Both the position numbers and the translations under genes were made by a program. A stretch of 64,000 nt of DNA from Patescibacteria group bacterium (lineage in GTDB: Bacteria; Acidobacteriota; Polarisedimenticolia; Gp22-AA2): positions 26,062 to 90,061 of the forward strand of contig DASRAN010000074.1 of NCBI GenBank assembly GCA_035638115.1. Direction: 5' to 3'. The notes beneath the pieces were generated by a model. It saw only the letters and a program-made list of their open reading frames with translations, was not told where the DNA came from and ran no database searches. This document shows, one piece after another, positions 20,629 through 30,985 of the stretch (positions are counted from its first letter, which is position 1; every line of letters starts with the position of its first letter).

Positions 20629-22758
20629 TCACTGATGGTCGCGCGGGATCGCCTGGTCCCACGTCTTCTCGCGCAGAAGCGCGCCGTCCTTGAGGAGCCG
20701 CCGCGTGCCGGTGTAGTAGAAGTTGTCGCGGTCGCTCTTCCAGACCACGACGCTCTCGAAGCGCAGGGTGCGGTCAGGCAGCTTGACGGTCGTCCCGTAC
20801 TCGCCGCGCACCGAGACGGTCTCGGGGTGGTTGTCGTTCGCCTCGTGGGTGATCGATTCGGTGTTGTACTCCTCGCCCCACGGGTAGCGGCGGGCGCTGG
20901 TGCTGGTCGCCACGACCTTCGCGGCTCCGGTGCGCGGGTTGCGCTCCACCGAGGAGATCTCGCCGTATCCCGAGGGGGTGCCCGTGTCGATGACCGCGAA
21001 TCCGGGCAGCTTCTCCTCGTCCGCCTCGATCGGCAGGAAGCGCGGCACCGGGCGATCCCATAGAGGACCCTTCCCGGGAGGAGCGTCCTCGCGCGGCACG
21101 ACCGGCACCGAGAGCTGCGTTGCGTCGCGGCCGAGGTGGAGCGTGGTGGTCATGGCGTACGGCGTCGGCCAGAGCATCGGCCACTGGGCGTTGCTCACCG
21201 CGAACCGGATCCGGTGGCCCTTCGGAAAGATCCAGGAAGTGAAGTGCATCTCGATCTCGAGGGGGAACGGCTTCCCCGGCTCGATCGCCTGCGGGTCGCG
21301 GGCCGACAGGCGGTGGGCGCCGTTCTGCCCGGCGGCCACCACCAGCGTGACGGTGCCGTCGGGCGCGACGTCGTTGAGACGGACGAACCAGTCGGCCTGC
21401 GGCGCGTCGGCTTCGACGGTGAGCCGCGCGCGCGGCATCCCCAGGATCTCCAGGTCGGCGTCGAGAGGCGCCGTGTCGTAGACCAAGCTGAACGCGTCGG
21501 TCGGGCGCTGATCGGGGGCCACGTCCCCGAACCACATCACCGGCCCGCCCGCCTCCACGCCGGTCGCCGGCACGTAGCGCAGCCGCTCGGCCGACGGCGC
21601 GGAGGGCTCCTCGGAGAGGGCTCGGTCCGGACGCGGGTAGAGCACCCGGTCGCGCAGGCGCGCGATCGGCCAGCCGTCCTCGTAGCGCCACCGGCCGGGG
21701 GCCGTCTCGAGATACGGCCCGGGCGGGTGCCAGTCGCGCACGTAGATCGCCAGACGCGGCTCCCGCATGACGCCGGTGTCGCGGTCCTTGAGCCAGGTGT
21801 CGAACCAGCGCACCGCCTCGTGCCGGAACTCGAACCCCGGCTTCGGGTACGGCTCGTGCGGAAAGGTGTGGTTCCAGGCGCCGACGATCGCCTTCACCGG
21901 CGCCTTCAGATGCTCGAGCATGCGCGGAACGCTGTCGCGGTAGCCGTCGTACCAGCCGCCGACGAGCAGACTTGGGACGGCGATCGCGTCGTAGCGCGTC
22001 TTCAGCGTGGTGCGATCCCAGAACGGCCCGTCGCGCTGCCGGCGCTTGTAGGTCAGCATCCAGGGCGGCTGGTCGAAGCGCTCGGCGAAATACTTCTCGT
22101 CGATGGTGTAGTCGGGCGCGCCGGGCATCGCGTTGGCGAGGTCCTGGCTCATCTCCCAGGAGTCGACGTGCATGATGCCGTCCATGAAGTGCACGTCGTC
22201 CTGGTACAGGTCGTCCGTGGCGTCGACGGCGATGATCGCCTTGAGCGCCGGCGGCCGGCGCATCGCCATGTGGATGGAGTTGAAGCCGCCCCACGAGATG
22301 CCGAACATGCCGACCCGGCCGCTCGACCAATTCTGCTTCGCGAGCCACGCGATCACGCGGTCGCCGTCGGCGTTCTCGATGTCGCTGTACTCGTACGGGA
22401 TGAGGGTCCCCTCGCTCGAGCCCGTGCCTCGGATGTCGACGCGCGCGACGACGTAGCCACGGCGGACGAAGTAGGCATAAAGAGGATAGCGGTCGCCGCG
22501 CGCCTCGGCCTTGCGATACGGCAGGTATTCCAGGAGCACCGGGTGGCGCCCCCGGGCGCCGTCACCCGCGGGACGCCAGATGTCGGCGGCCAGGCGCACG
22601 CCGTCGGCCATCGGGATCCAGGCCTCCTCCATCGTGACCCCGGACGCGGGCGGCGAGGCCTGCCGCGGCGGCGTGACCGGCGGCGTCGTGGCGGCGAGCC
22701 CGCCGCTGACCGTCATGAGAGAGGCAAGAATCAGGGCGCGACCGATCGGATTGTGCAT
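20629..22758 (-). CDS. Secreted CocE/NonD family hydrolase
   Basis: Signal peptide; DGVRLAAD, YLPYRK, DIRGTGSSEG, GISWGG and GGWYDGY motifs; PepX_C-like C-terminus. Confidence 0.92.
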   Translation of the reverse strand: MHNPIGRALILASLMTVSGGLAATTPPVTPPRQASPPASGVTMEEAWIPMADGVRLAADIWRPAGDGARGRHPVLLEYLPYRKAEARGDRYPLYAYFVRRGYVVARVDIRGTGSSEGTLIPYEYSDIENADGDRVIAWLAKQNWSSGRVGMFGISWGGFNSIHMAMRRPPALKAIIAVDATDDLYQDDVHFMDGIMHVDSWEMSQDLANAMPGAPDYTIDEKYFAERFDQPPWMLTYKRRQRDGPFWDRTTLKTRYDAIAVPSLLVGGWYDGYRDSVPRMLEHLKAPVKAIVGAWNHTFPHEPYPKPGFEFRHEAVRWFDTWLKDRDTGVMREPRLAIYVRDWHPPGPYLETAPGRWRYEDGWPIARLRDRVLYPRPDRALSEEPSAPSAERLRYVPATGVEAGGPVMWFGDVAPDQRPTDAFSLVYDTAPLDADLEILGMPRARLTVEADAPQADWFVRLNDVAPDGTVTLVVAAGQNGAHRLSARDPQAIEPGKPFPLEIEMHFTSWIFPKGHRIRFAVSNAQWPMLWPTPYAMTTTLHLGRDATQLSVPVVPREDAPPGKGPLWDRPVPRFLPIEADEEKLPGFAVIDTGTPSGYGEISSVERNPRTGAAKVVATSTSARRYPWGEEYNTESITHEANDNHPETVSVRGEYGTTVKLPDRTLRFESVVVWKSDRDNFYYTGTRRLLKDGALLREKTWDQAIPRDHQ

Positions 22759-22889
22759 TCGATCACCTGTGGTGTGCGTGCCCCGGCCGGCGGGATGCTA
22801 CATCAGGTCGGGCGGTCGTCGCGCGGGTGAGATGTTGCAGCGGCCATGTCTCGTTCCCGCTAAGATGACATTTCGAGCGGGGGGGATGC

Positions 22890-24971
22890 GTGAGCGTGGA
22901 CAGAGAGCCTTCGGTCCCTGCGAATCGAGGCGGTGCATTTGTCGTCGTCGCCGCGCTCGCCGTCTACATCGGATTGCTCCTCTGGCTTCTCCAGCCGGCG
23001 GGCGGCCTCGAAGGCTCGTACTTCACGCGCGGCGCGGACGGCCGGGAGGTCCTGGTCCATCGCGAAGTCGATCCCCGCATCGACTTTCCGGTCCCGCAGC
23101 GGCTCGACGCCGCCTACCTCTTCCATTGGAACGTCGCGCGCGACGGATATCCCGCGGCGATGCCGCCGTACCTGATCCGCTGGCGCGGGGTTCTTCTCGC
23201 GCCGCTGGCGGGCGACTACCGCTTCTCCGCAGACGCCCGCGGCGAGACGGCACTGCGCCTCGACGGCCAGAAGGTGGAGCTCGCTCCTGACGCGCCGTCC
23301 GGGCGCCGCCTCGAGGTCGGATGGCATCCGATCGAGATCGACTACGCGCTCGACTCCGGTGACGCCCGGCTCATTCTCCAGTGGCAGCCCCCGGGAGGCG
23401 GGCTCGAAACCATCCCCGCCGGCCGGCTGGCCGTCGACCCGGCGGCGCACGCCAGAGCGGCGACCCGCCGCGCGCTCGGATGGATCCTGCTCGGCGCGGG
23501 CCTGCTGGCGACGCTGCTCGCCGGCCGCATCGGCCGCCCGGGCCCTGGAGTCGCGGGACGTTTCCGGGCCGCGCTTCTCGCCGACCGGAACACGATCGCC
23601 CTGGGAGCGATCCTGATCCTGGCGGCGCTGCTGCGCCTGCACGACTACACACTCGTCCCGTTCCCGACCGAGACCATCGACGAATACCAGCACGCGTGGG
23701 AAGGCTGGCACCTGCTGTACAAGGGATTCCCCGCGTCCTGGAGCACCTTCCCGAACCTCTATCCGAAGGACCAGACGATCGACTTCCACTGGTTCGGCAA
23801 CCGGTACCTGCTGGTCCGGCCGTACTTCGATCACCCGCCCTTGTTCTCGATCCTCGTCGGCCTCGCCTGCACCGGCGCGGGGGCGCGGCAGTTCCTGGAG
23901 TGCTCGCTTCCCGTCATGCGTCTGGTGCCGATCGTCCTGAGCCTCGCCGGCGTCCTGCTGCTCTACCGGCTGGCGCTCGCGTACGGCGCGTCGGATCGCG
24001 CGGCGCTTCTGGCGGCCCTGGTGTACGCCGTCCTGCCCGTCATCGTCCTGTCGCATCGGCTGGTCAAGGGAGAGAGTTTGCTGGCGCTCCTGTTCATGGG
24101 CGCGATCCTCGCGGTCGAGCGGCTGGGGCAGAGAGGCAGGACCCGCGACGCGCTGCTGGTCGGCTGCCTGTGCGGACTGTCGATCTGGACCAAGGCGACG
24201 GGCGTGGCGGTGCCCGCCACGGCGACGCTGCTCCTGCTCTCACGCAGGCGATATCGGGGCGCGGCGCTGACGCTCCTCGTCACGGCGGGTTTCGCGCTGC
24301 TCTATCTCGCGTATGCCTGGGCGTACGATTTCGGCGTCTTCGTCGCGGTGATGCGCTCTCAGGCGGGCGTCAAGTGGGCCGGCGTCGAGTCGTTCCTGGA
24401 TCTGCTGCAGGGCAAGGTGGTGGAGCAGTTCTTCGGCCGCGGCTGGTCCCTCTGGCTGATGCTGTGCGCCGCGCTGGCCGCCGTGCGCCGCGAGCGCGCG
24501 CTCCTCGTCCCGCTGGCGATCTACGCCTCGACGATCGTCCTGATGGCCGACTTCAGGGTCGTCTACGGCTGGTACCGCATTCCCCTCTATCCATTTCTGT
24601 GCGTCGCCGCCGGGGTCTTTCTCGAGGAGATGGTCGAAGCGTCGGACCTGTTCCACGTCCTGCCGTTCGCGATCACGGCGGTGACGACGGGATTGCTGTA
24701 CACGTTCCACGAATGGCCGTTCGCGGCGGCCGCGGAAGCGACGTCCCGGACCATGCTTCCGGTTTCCGTCGTGTGGACGAAAGGAGTCGTGCTGATCGTG
24801 ATGCTCGCCTTCCTCGTCCCCTACCTTCTTCGCCTGGTTCACGAGCGTCCGGCGACCATCCGGATCGCGCGCGCCGCGACGCTCGTTCTCCTGGCCGTCT
24901 TCCTGGCGACCTGCCTCGCGACGGTCGGCGGGCTGCTCGAGATCTACGCGGCGACGCGGGGCGTTCGCTAG
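22890..24971 (+). CDS. PA14-like domain plus ArnT/PMT (GT-C) membrane glycosyltransferase
   Basis: IRWRG.L.AP..GDYRF PA14-like segment; TIDE and YFDHPPLF motifs; many TM helices. Confidence 0.8.
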   Translation: MSVDREPSVPANRGGAFVVVAALAVYIGLLLWLLQPAGGLEGSYFTRGADGREVLVHREVDPRIDFPVPQRLDAAYLFHWNVARDGYPAAMPPYLIRWRGVLLAPLAGDYRFSADARGETALRLDGQKVELAPDAPSGRRLEVGWHPIEIDYALDSGDARLILQWQPPGGGLETIPAGRLAVDPAAHARAATRRALGWILLGAGLLATLLAGRIGRPGPGVAGRFRAALLADRNTIALGAILILAALLRLHDYTLVPFPTETIDEYQHAWEGWHLLYKGFPASWSTFPNLYPKDQTIDFHWFGNRYLLVRPYFDHPPLFSILVGLACTGAGARQFLECSLPVMRLVPIVLSLAGVLLLYRLALAYGASDRAALLAALVYAVLPVIVLSHRLVKGESLLALLFMGAILAVERLGQRGRTRDALLVGCLCGLSIWTKATGVAVPATATLLLLSRRRYRGAALTLLVTAGFALLYLAYAWAYDFGVFVAVMRSQAGVKWAGVESFLDLLQGKVVEQFFGRGWSLWLMLCAALAAVRRERALLVPLAIYASTIVLMADFRVVYGWYRIPLYPFLCVAAGVFLEEMVEASDLFHVLPFAITAVTTGLLYTFHEWPFAAAAEATSRTMLPVSVVWTKGVVLIVMLAFLVPYLLRLVHERPATIRIARAATLVLLAVFLATCLATVGGLLEIYAATRGVR

Positions 24972-24992
24972 AAAGGGGGTTCGGACCGCGGG

Positions 24993-27281
24993 ATGGCGCA
25001 CCGGGGTGCATGGCTGTTGCTGCTTGGCCTCGCGGCGGGAATCGCCGCGCCCGCCGCATCCGCCGGGCCCGCGGCCGCCGGGCCCGCGCCCCCCGCGAGC
25101 GCCGCCGCCTGCGGCGAGGGCTGCTCGTGCGGCGACGGCCGCGCCTGCGTCGGCGCGGTGCGCACCACAGGGGCGATCGTGGTCGACGGCCGGCTGGACG
25201 AGCCGGACTGGGATCGCGCCGGGGTCATCGCCGATCTGACGCAGCACGCGCCGCACCCTGGCGAGCCGACGCCGTACCGGACCGAGGTCCGCGTCCTGCT
25301 CGACCAGGAGAACCTCTACTTCGGCGTCCACTGCTTCGATCCCGAGCCGGAGAAGATCTCCCTGCACTCGATGCAGCGCGACGTCGCCGACCCGTTCGGG
25401 GACGACTTCTTCCTGATCGTCTTCGACACCTTCGGCGACAAGCGCACCGGCTATCTCTTCGAGGTGCACGCCACGGGCGCGGTGGGAGACGGGCTGATCC
25501 CGGGCCCGGGGATCTATTCCTCGGACTGGGACGGCATCTGGGACGTGCGGACCCGGATCGACGCCTCCGGCTGGACGGCCGAGATCCGCCTGCCGGCGCG
25601 CACCCTTCACTTCAAGCAGGACCTGCAGGCCTGGGGGTTCAACGTCCTGCGCTTCATCCCGCGCGACCGCACCAACCTTCACTGGTCGGGGTACAGCATC
25701 GATTCGGACGTCATCGATCTGAGCAGCGCCGGACTTCTGTCGGGGATCGGCGGGATCGATCAGGGGCACGGCCTGACGATCTCGCCCTACGCGCTCGGCC
25801 GGTTCGAGAGCGTCCCGGCCGAGTCGACCGAGACCACGACCGGCCGCGCCGGCCTGGATCTGTCGTACAGCCTGACCCCCGGGGTGACCGGCGTGCTGAC
25901 CGCCAACACCGACTTCGCCGAAACGGAGGTCGACACGCGGCAGATCAACCTGACGCGTTTCGATCTGTTCTTTCCCGAGAAGCGGCCGTTCTTCCTCGAC
26001 GGGTCGAGCCTGTTCGAGTTCGGTCTCGGCCTCGGTCAGGACTTCGTGCCGTTCTACTCGCGCCGCATCGGCCTGGTGGAGGTCCCGGAGGGAGCCGGGA
26101 ATCCGGCGGGGGTCGAGAGCGTGCCGATCGACTGGGGAGCAAAAATCCTCGGCCACGCCGGTCGTCTCGGCATCGCGGCGCTCGACATCCAGACCGGGGA
26201 TTCGATCGCGGCGCCGGGCGCCAACCTGGCCGCCGCCCGGGTGGCGTACGACGTCACCGATCGCCTGCGGGTCGGCGCGCTGGGAACGCATGGGGACCCC
26301 GGCGGCGTGCTGTCCAACTCCCTGGCCGGCGTGGACGCCGTCTGGCACTGCTCGACGATCCACGGCGACAAGAAGATGTCGATCGGCGGCTGGGCGGCGC
26401 GCTCGGCGGGCGATCTCCCTCCCGGCAGGCGGGACGGCTGGGGCTTCAAGGTCGACTACCCGAACGACTTCTGGGAAGCGTACGCCCGGGCGATGGAGTT
26501 CGGCGACGCGCTCGATCCCGCCCTGGGCTTTCTGCCGCGACCGGGAACGCGCTGGTACGATGTCTGGAACGCCATCAAGCCGCGCCCGAGCCGGGGCGGA
26601 TCCCTCGCCTGGATCCGCCAGGCGTTCTTCGAGAGCGGCTACAGGCAGGTGGACAATCTCGACGGCCGGACCGAGTCGAGCCGGCTGTTCACCTCGCCCT
26701 TCAACATCGAGACCGAGTCGGGCGAGCATTTCGAGGCCGACTGGGTGCCGACCTACGAGTTCGTCGACCCGGCCGCTCCGCCGTTCGAGATCGCGCCCGG
26801 CGTCGTGGTGACGCCGGGCGGCTATCACTTCACCCGTTACCATCTCGAAGCGCAGTCGGCGCAGGGGCGCAAGTGGCAGGTGGGCGGCGGCGTCTCGTTC
26901 GGCGATTTCTATGGCGGCCGGCTGACGCAGACCAACGCGTTCGTGAACTGGGACGTCCTGCGCGGCCGCCTGCACCAGAGTCTCGACCTGGAGAACGACT
27001 TCGGGTACCTGCCCGAGGGCGACTTCATCCAGCGGCTCTTCCAGCTCCAGAACGTCTACGCCTTCTCCCCGCGGCTCCTGCTGTTCGGATTCTTCCAGTA
27101 CGACACCGACTCGCAGAGCCTGGGCATGAACGCCCGCCTGCGCTGGACCTTCCACCCGGGGAACGACCTGTTCCTGGTCTGGAACCGCAACTGGAGCCAC
27201 CCTCTCGGCGAAGGGCGCTTCGATCTCTCCCCCGAAAGCGACCAGGTGGCGATGAAGGTCCGCTTCGCCTGGACGCGCTGA
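24993..27281 (+). CDS. CBM9-like plus DUF5916 probable outer-membrane beta-barrel protein
   Basis: Signal peptide; IVVDGRLDEPDW, GWTAEIRLP, NTDFAETEVD, FFPEKRPFFL and FYSRRIGL motifs; aromatic C-terminal strand. Confidence 0.85.
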   Translation: MAHRGAWLLLLGLAAGIAAPAASAGPAAAGPAPPASAAACGEGCSCGDGRACVGAVRTTGAIVVDGRLDEPDWDRAGVIADLTQHAPHPGEPTPYRTEVRVLLDQENLYFGVHCFDPEPEKISLHSMQRDVADPFGDDFFLIVFDTFGDKRTGYLFEVHATGAVGDGLIPGPGIYSSDWDGIWDVRTRIDASGWTAEIRLPARTLHFKQDLQAWGFNVLRFIPRDRTNLHWSGYSIDSDVIDLSSAGLLSGIGGIDQGHGLTISPYALGRFESVPAESTETTTGRAGLDLSYSLTPGVTGVLTANTDFAETEVDTRQINLTRFDLFFPEKRPFFLDGSSLFEFGLGLGQDFVPFYSRRIGLVEVPEGAGNPAGVESVPIDWGAKILGHAGRLGIAALDIQTGDSIAAPGANLAAARVAYDVTDRLRVGALGTHGDPGGVLSNSLAGVDAVWHCSTIHGDKKMSIGGWAARSAGDLPPGRRDGWGFKVDYPNDFWEAYARAMEFGDALDPALGFLPRPGTRWYDVWNAIKPRPSRGGSLAWIRQAFFESGYRQVDNLDGRTESSRLFTSPFNIETESGEHFEADWVPTYEFVDPAAPPFEIAPGVVVTPGGYHFTRYHLEAQSAQGRKWQVGGGVSFGDFYGGRLTQTNAFVNWDVLRGRLHQSLDLENDFGYLPEGDFIQRLFQLQNVYAFSPRLLLFGFFQYDTDSQSLGMNARLRWTFHPGNDLFLVWNRNWSHPLGEGRFDLSPESDQVAMKVRFAWTR

Positions 27282-27369
27282 AGCGGAGGCGTCGGGCCGC
27301 CCTTCGGTGCAGGTCGTCCTTGCACCCGCCCCTCGCCCGGCGTACATACCGTCGCGGAGGGAGACAGGG

Positions 27370-30300
27370 TTGCTTCGAGCCAGGGCCTGCAAGGTCGCGA
27401 TCCAGGTCGTGTTCGGCGTCGGCGTCGGACTGGGGGTCGTCGCATCCCTCGCCGACGACGCCCATGCCGCGGGGGCCCGTTCGTTCAAGAGCGGCCCGAT
27501 CCAGATCACCGCCGACGGCGCCGAGGTCTGGGTGGTCAATCCCGACCACGACTCGGTGTCGCGCATCGACACCGCAAGCGACGCCGTTCTGGAAATTCCA
27601 CTCCCGCAGCCGGCCGGACTGCCGGTGCGCCACAACCCTCTCGGCTTGTCGGTGATGGAGAACGGCGCCGAGGTCTGGGTCGCGTGTCACGACTCGGACA
27701 GGGTCTACGTGCTGCGCGGATCGGACGGCGCGGTGCTGGCGCGCATCGATCTTCCCTGGGGGAGCGGGCCGCACTCGGTGGCGCTGTCGCGCGATCAGAC
27801 GCGGGTCCTGGTGACCCTCCTGCGCTCGGGACGCGTCGCGATCGTCGACCGCGCCGCGCGCCAGGTCCTCGCCTTGCTGGAGACGTTCCGCAGCCCGCTC
27901 GGCATCGCCTGGATGGAAGACGGCGTGTCGGCCTGGATCACGCACCGGCACGTCCTCGATCGGCTGCCGCGCGTCAGCCGGATCGACGTTTCGCCGCCGG
28001 GGCCGCGGGTGACCACGCAGGAGCGCACCGACGGCGCCGGACCGCAGGACAACGCCGCCCTGCACGACGCCGATCCGACCCACAACGTCGCCGAAGGGGG
28101 CTATCTCAACTTCCGCGGCCATCTCGCCCAGCGCCCTTCGACGAGCCGCGTCTGGGTCCCGACGCAGTACGACAACCGCAACCAGACGGTCATCACCCCC
28201 GACTCCATCCTGCAGGCGACCCTGCGCCAGATCGACCTGGCGACACGGAGGATTCCGGGGACCATCGCCGACAAGATCATCCTGTCGGCCAGGCAGGTGC
28301 ACGACCCGCAGACCTCCGCCTGGATCGGCCCGGGCTGGGACCTGGGGGTGGCCGGGCCGGACGACATCGCCTTCTCATCCGACGGGGCGACGGTCTACGT
28401 CGTGGGCGAGCTGAGCGAGAACCTGGTCGTGATGCCGGCGGCGACGCCACCGTACCGCGACGGCATCGCGCCGAGCCCCGCGCTGGTCGCCGTCGGGCGC
28501 CGGCCACAGGGCGTTGCGGTCTCCCCGGTCGCGATCGGCGGCCGGCAGATCGCCTTCGTCGCGAACATCCTGTCGCGCGACGTCTCGAAGGTCGACGTCA
28601 CCACCTGGTCCGCGCCTCTCGAGCTGGCCCGCATCCCGGTGACGCCCGCGACGCCGGAGCCGCGCACGCCCTCCTTCCTCAACGGCGATCGGCTGTTCCA
28701 CACCACGGCCGACCCGCGCGTCTCGTCGAACCGCAAGGTGGCCTGCGGCTCCTGTCACATCGATGGAGAACAGGACGGGCGGGCCTGGGATCTCCAGCAC
28801 CTGCCGGGGACCCACGGCCCGCGGCAGACGCAGTCGATTTTGGGGCTCGGGCTGTCGATGGGGCCGGTCGACCCGGCGACCGGGCTCGGACAACTCCATC
28901 GATCCGGCGATCGCGACGAGGTGCAGGACTTCGATCACACCTTCCGCGGCCCGCAGATGGGCGGCGCCGGCTTCATCCCGGCGGCGCTGCTGCAACCGGA
29001 TCTCGGCGCTCCCAACGCCGGACGCGACCCCGATCTCGACGACGTGGCAGAGTACGTTCTCGCCCTGCCTCCGTTGATGCGCAGCCCGCGTCGGAATGCC
29101 GACGGCGCGCTGTCGGAGGCCGCCGCCCGGGGCGCGACCTTCTTTCTCGGAACCGGCGTCCGCGCGGCCGACGCGAAGTGCGCCACGTGTCACGTCCCGG
29201 AGACCGGCTTCGTCGACTTCGCCTTCCATGACGTCGGCGAGCGGCACGACGCGGGCGAGGCCGAGCTCAACACGCGCGCGCCCCTCTGGGGGGTGAACAC
29301 GGCCTCGCTCGTGGGCGCATGGGACTCCCCGCCCTACGTCGGCGCGGCGCAGCCGAAGGACCCCGAATCGCTCGTCGAGGCGATCCTCGACTTCCGCAGG
29401 CCGGGACGCACGGCGCCCCACGGCGCCACGCAGGGGCTGACCGGCCGCCAGGTGCAGGATCTCGCCGAGTTCCTCGCCTCGATCGACGGCGACACGACCG
29501 CGGCCGAAGTTCGGGCCGCAGTCGATCACGCGCCGCCGCGGGTGGTGCGCGTGGAGCCGGCGTCCCTGACGCGGGTCGACGTCTGGTTCAGCGAGAGCGT
29601 CGCGCCCGGCGCCGCGACCCCCGCGGCCTGGAAGCTGCGGGCCGTGGGCGGGCCGGACGTGCCGATCCTCGCCGCAGCGCTCGACACGCAGAACGGCGAC
29701 CGCGTGACCCTCACCGTCGGGACGCTGCATCACGATTGCGGCCCTGCGACCTACATGCTCATACCGGTCGGGCCGATCCTCGATCTGGCGGATTCCGCCG
29801 GCGGCGGCGTCGCGAACGCGCTCGATCCCTCCGATCCGTCCAACGTCCGCACCTTCGTGATCGGCGACGCGCTCACTGTCTCCATGGGGACCTCCGGCTA
29901 CGAGAACTTCACCATTCCGGTGCACGACGTGGGGACGATCTACGGCAGCGCCGCGGGCGCGAACGGCTCGGTCTGGCTGCGCTCGAACAACAACGGGACG
30001 CAGATCAATACCGACTTCGTGCGCTTCGAGTGGGAGCCGACATTCGCGGCCACCGGCGTCGCCTCGCCCGCCGGCATCCTCGACGCCTCCTTCTCGCTGC
30101 TGCCGGCGTTCGGGGACGGGCAGGTCGTCGAGGCGCGGCGCGTGCTGCAGCGCTGGTGGGACTATGGCGGCGGCGATCAGACGCAGAACCCGGTCAATCC
30201 CGTCAACGGCCACGGCGGGCCCACCTACACCTGGAGCGAGTTCAACGTGAAGGCCTGGAACGCCCCCAACGCCGGCTCCCGGACCGCCGGGATCAACGGC

Positions 30301-30918
30301 CAGAACATCGCGGACTATTTCGGGACGCGCGACACGGCGTACGACCCCGATGTCGTCGTCACCCTGAGCGACCTGGGGCAGCGCTCCCGGTTCGGTGGCG
30401 CCGGCGTTCTCGACGCGATTCGCTTCTGGCTCCAGAACCCCGCCCTCGACCAGGGCTACGCGCTCCGGCTGACCAGCGCGGCGCGGCAGGAGACCCGCTT
30501 CCATGCCGGCGAGGAGGAGCTGCATCAGTACGGTCCCGTCCTGTCGATCACCTACGCCCTGCCGCCGACCACGAGCCCGCCGCCGCCAGAGGTCTCGGCG
30601 CCGGCCTCGGGCGTTCCACTCCTGGTGACGCAGGCGGCCGGCGGCGACCTGGTGCTCTCCTTCCAGGACCTGGGCGGGAGCGTCGGAGCCTACAACGTCT
30701 ACGAAGGGACGCTCGGCGGCGGCTACAACCACGCGCCGAAGGCCTGCCAGCTCGCGCCTCCCGCGGCGGTCAACGGCCGTCTCCAGACCCAGCTGACGCC
30801 GGCCGCGGGGAACACCTACTACCTCGTCACCGCGTCCGACCTGTGCCAGGAAGGGACGAGCGGCGTCGATTCGTCGGGGGCCCAGCGACCCGCCTCGTAT
30901 CTCACCTGCTCGCCATAG
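27370..30918 (+). CDS. Secreted YncE-like beta-propeller plus di-haem cytochrome c (bCcP/MauG-like), Ig-like and DNRLRE-like domains
   Basis: Propeller repeats (EVWVVNPD.DSVSRID); two CxxCH motifs (CGSCH, CATCH). TTG 27370 chosen because it follows GGAGGGAG; GTG 27307 is the alternative start. Confidence 0.8.
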   Translation: MLRARACKVAIQVVFGVGVGLGVVASLADDAHAAGARSFKSGPIQITADGAEVWVVNPDHDSVSRIDTASDAVLEIPLPQPAGLPVRHNPLGLSVMENGAEVWVACHDSDRVYVLRGSDGAVLARIDLPWGSGPHSVALSRDQTRVLVTLLRSGRVAIVDRAARQVLALLETFRSPLGIAWMEDGVSAWITHRHVLDRLPRVSRIDVSPPGPRVTTQERTDGAGPQDNAALHDADPTHNVAEGGYLNFRGHLAQRPSTSRVWVPTQYDNRNQTVITPDSILQATLRQIDLATRRIPGTIADKIILSARQVHDPQTSAWIGPGWDLGVAGPDDIAFSSDGATVYVVGELSENLVVMPAATPPYRDGIAPSPALVAVGRRPQGVAVSPVAIGGRQIAFVANILSRDVSKVDVTTWSAPLELARIPVTPATPEPRTPSFLNGDRLFHTTADPRVSSNRKVACGSCHIDGEQDGRAWDLQHLPGTHGPRQTQSILGLGLSMGPVDPATGLGQLHRSGDRDEVQDFDHTFRGPQMGGAGFIPAALLQPDLGAPNAGRDPDLDDVAEYVLALPPLMRSPRRNADGALSEAAARGATFFLGTGVRAADAKCATCHVPETGFVDFAFHDVGERHDAGEAELNTRAPLWGVNTASLVGAWDSPPYVGAAQPKDPESLVEAILDFRRPGRTAPHGATQGLTGRQVQDLAEFLASIDGDTTAAEVRAAVDHAPPRVVRVEPASLTRVDVWFSESVAPGAATPAAWKLRAVGGPDVPILAAALDTQNGDRVTLTVGTLHHDCGPATYMLIPVGPILDLADSAGGGVANALDPSDPSNVRTFVIGDALTVSMGTSGYENFTIPVHDVGTIYGSAAGANGSVWLRSNNNGTQINTDFVRFEWEPTFAATGVASPAGILDASFSLLPAFGDGQVVEARRVLQRWWDYGGGDQTQNPVNPVNGHGGPTYTWSEFNVKAWNAPNAGSRTAGINGQNIADYFGTRDTAYDPDVVVTLSDLGQRSRFGGAGVLDAIRFWLQNPALDQGYALRLTSAARQETRFHAGEEELHQYGPVLSITYALPPTTSPPPPEVSAPASGVPLLVTQAAGGDLVLSFQDLGGSVGAYNVYEGTLGGGYNHAPKACQLAPPAAVNGRLQTQLTPAAGNTYYLVTASDLCQEGTSGVDSSGAQRPASYLTCSP

Positions 30919-30985
30919 CGGAACCCGCCGTCGCCGGACGTGGGGTGGCCGGAAGACGGGATAGACTCTCCTCTGGAGGGTCCGC

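Noticed and set aside
23381-27655. 1424-aa + strand ORF and 1131-aa - strand ORF
   Set aside because: Arg/Pro/Gly-rich off-frame and antisense shadows of the glycosyltransferase and DUF5916 genes.
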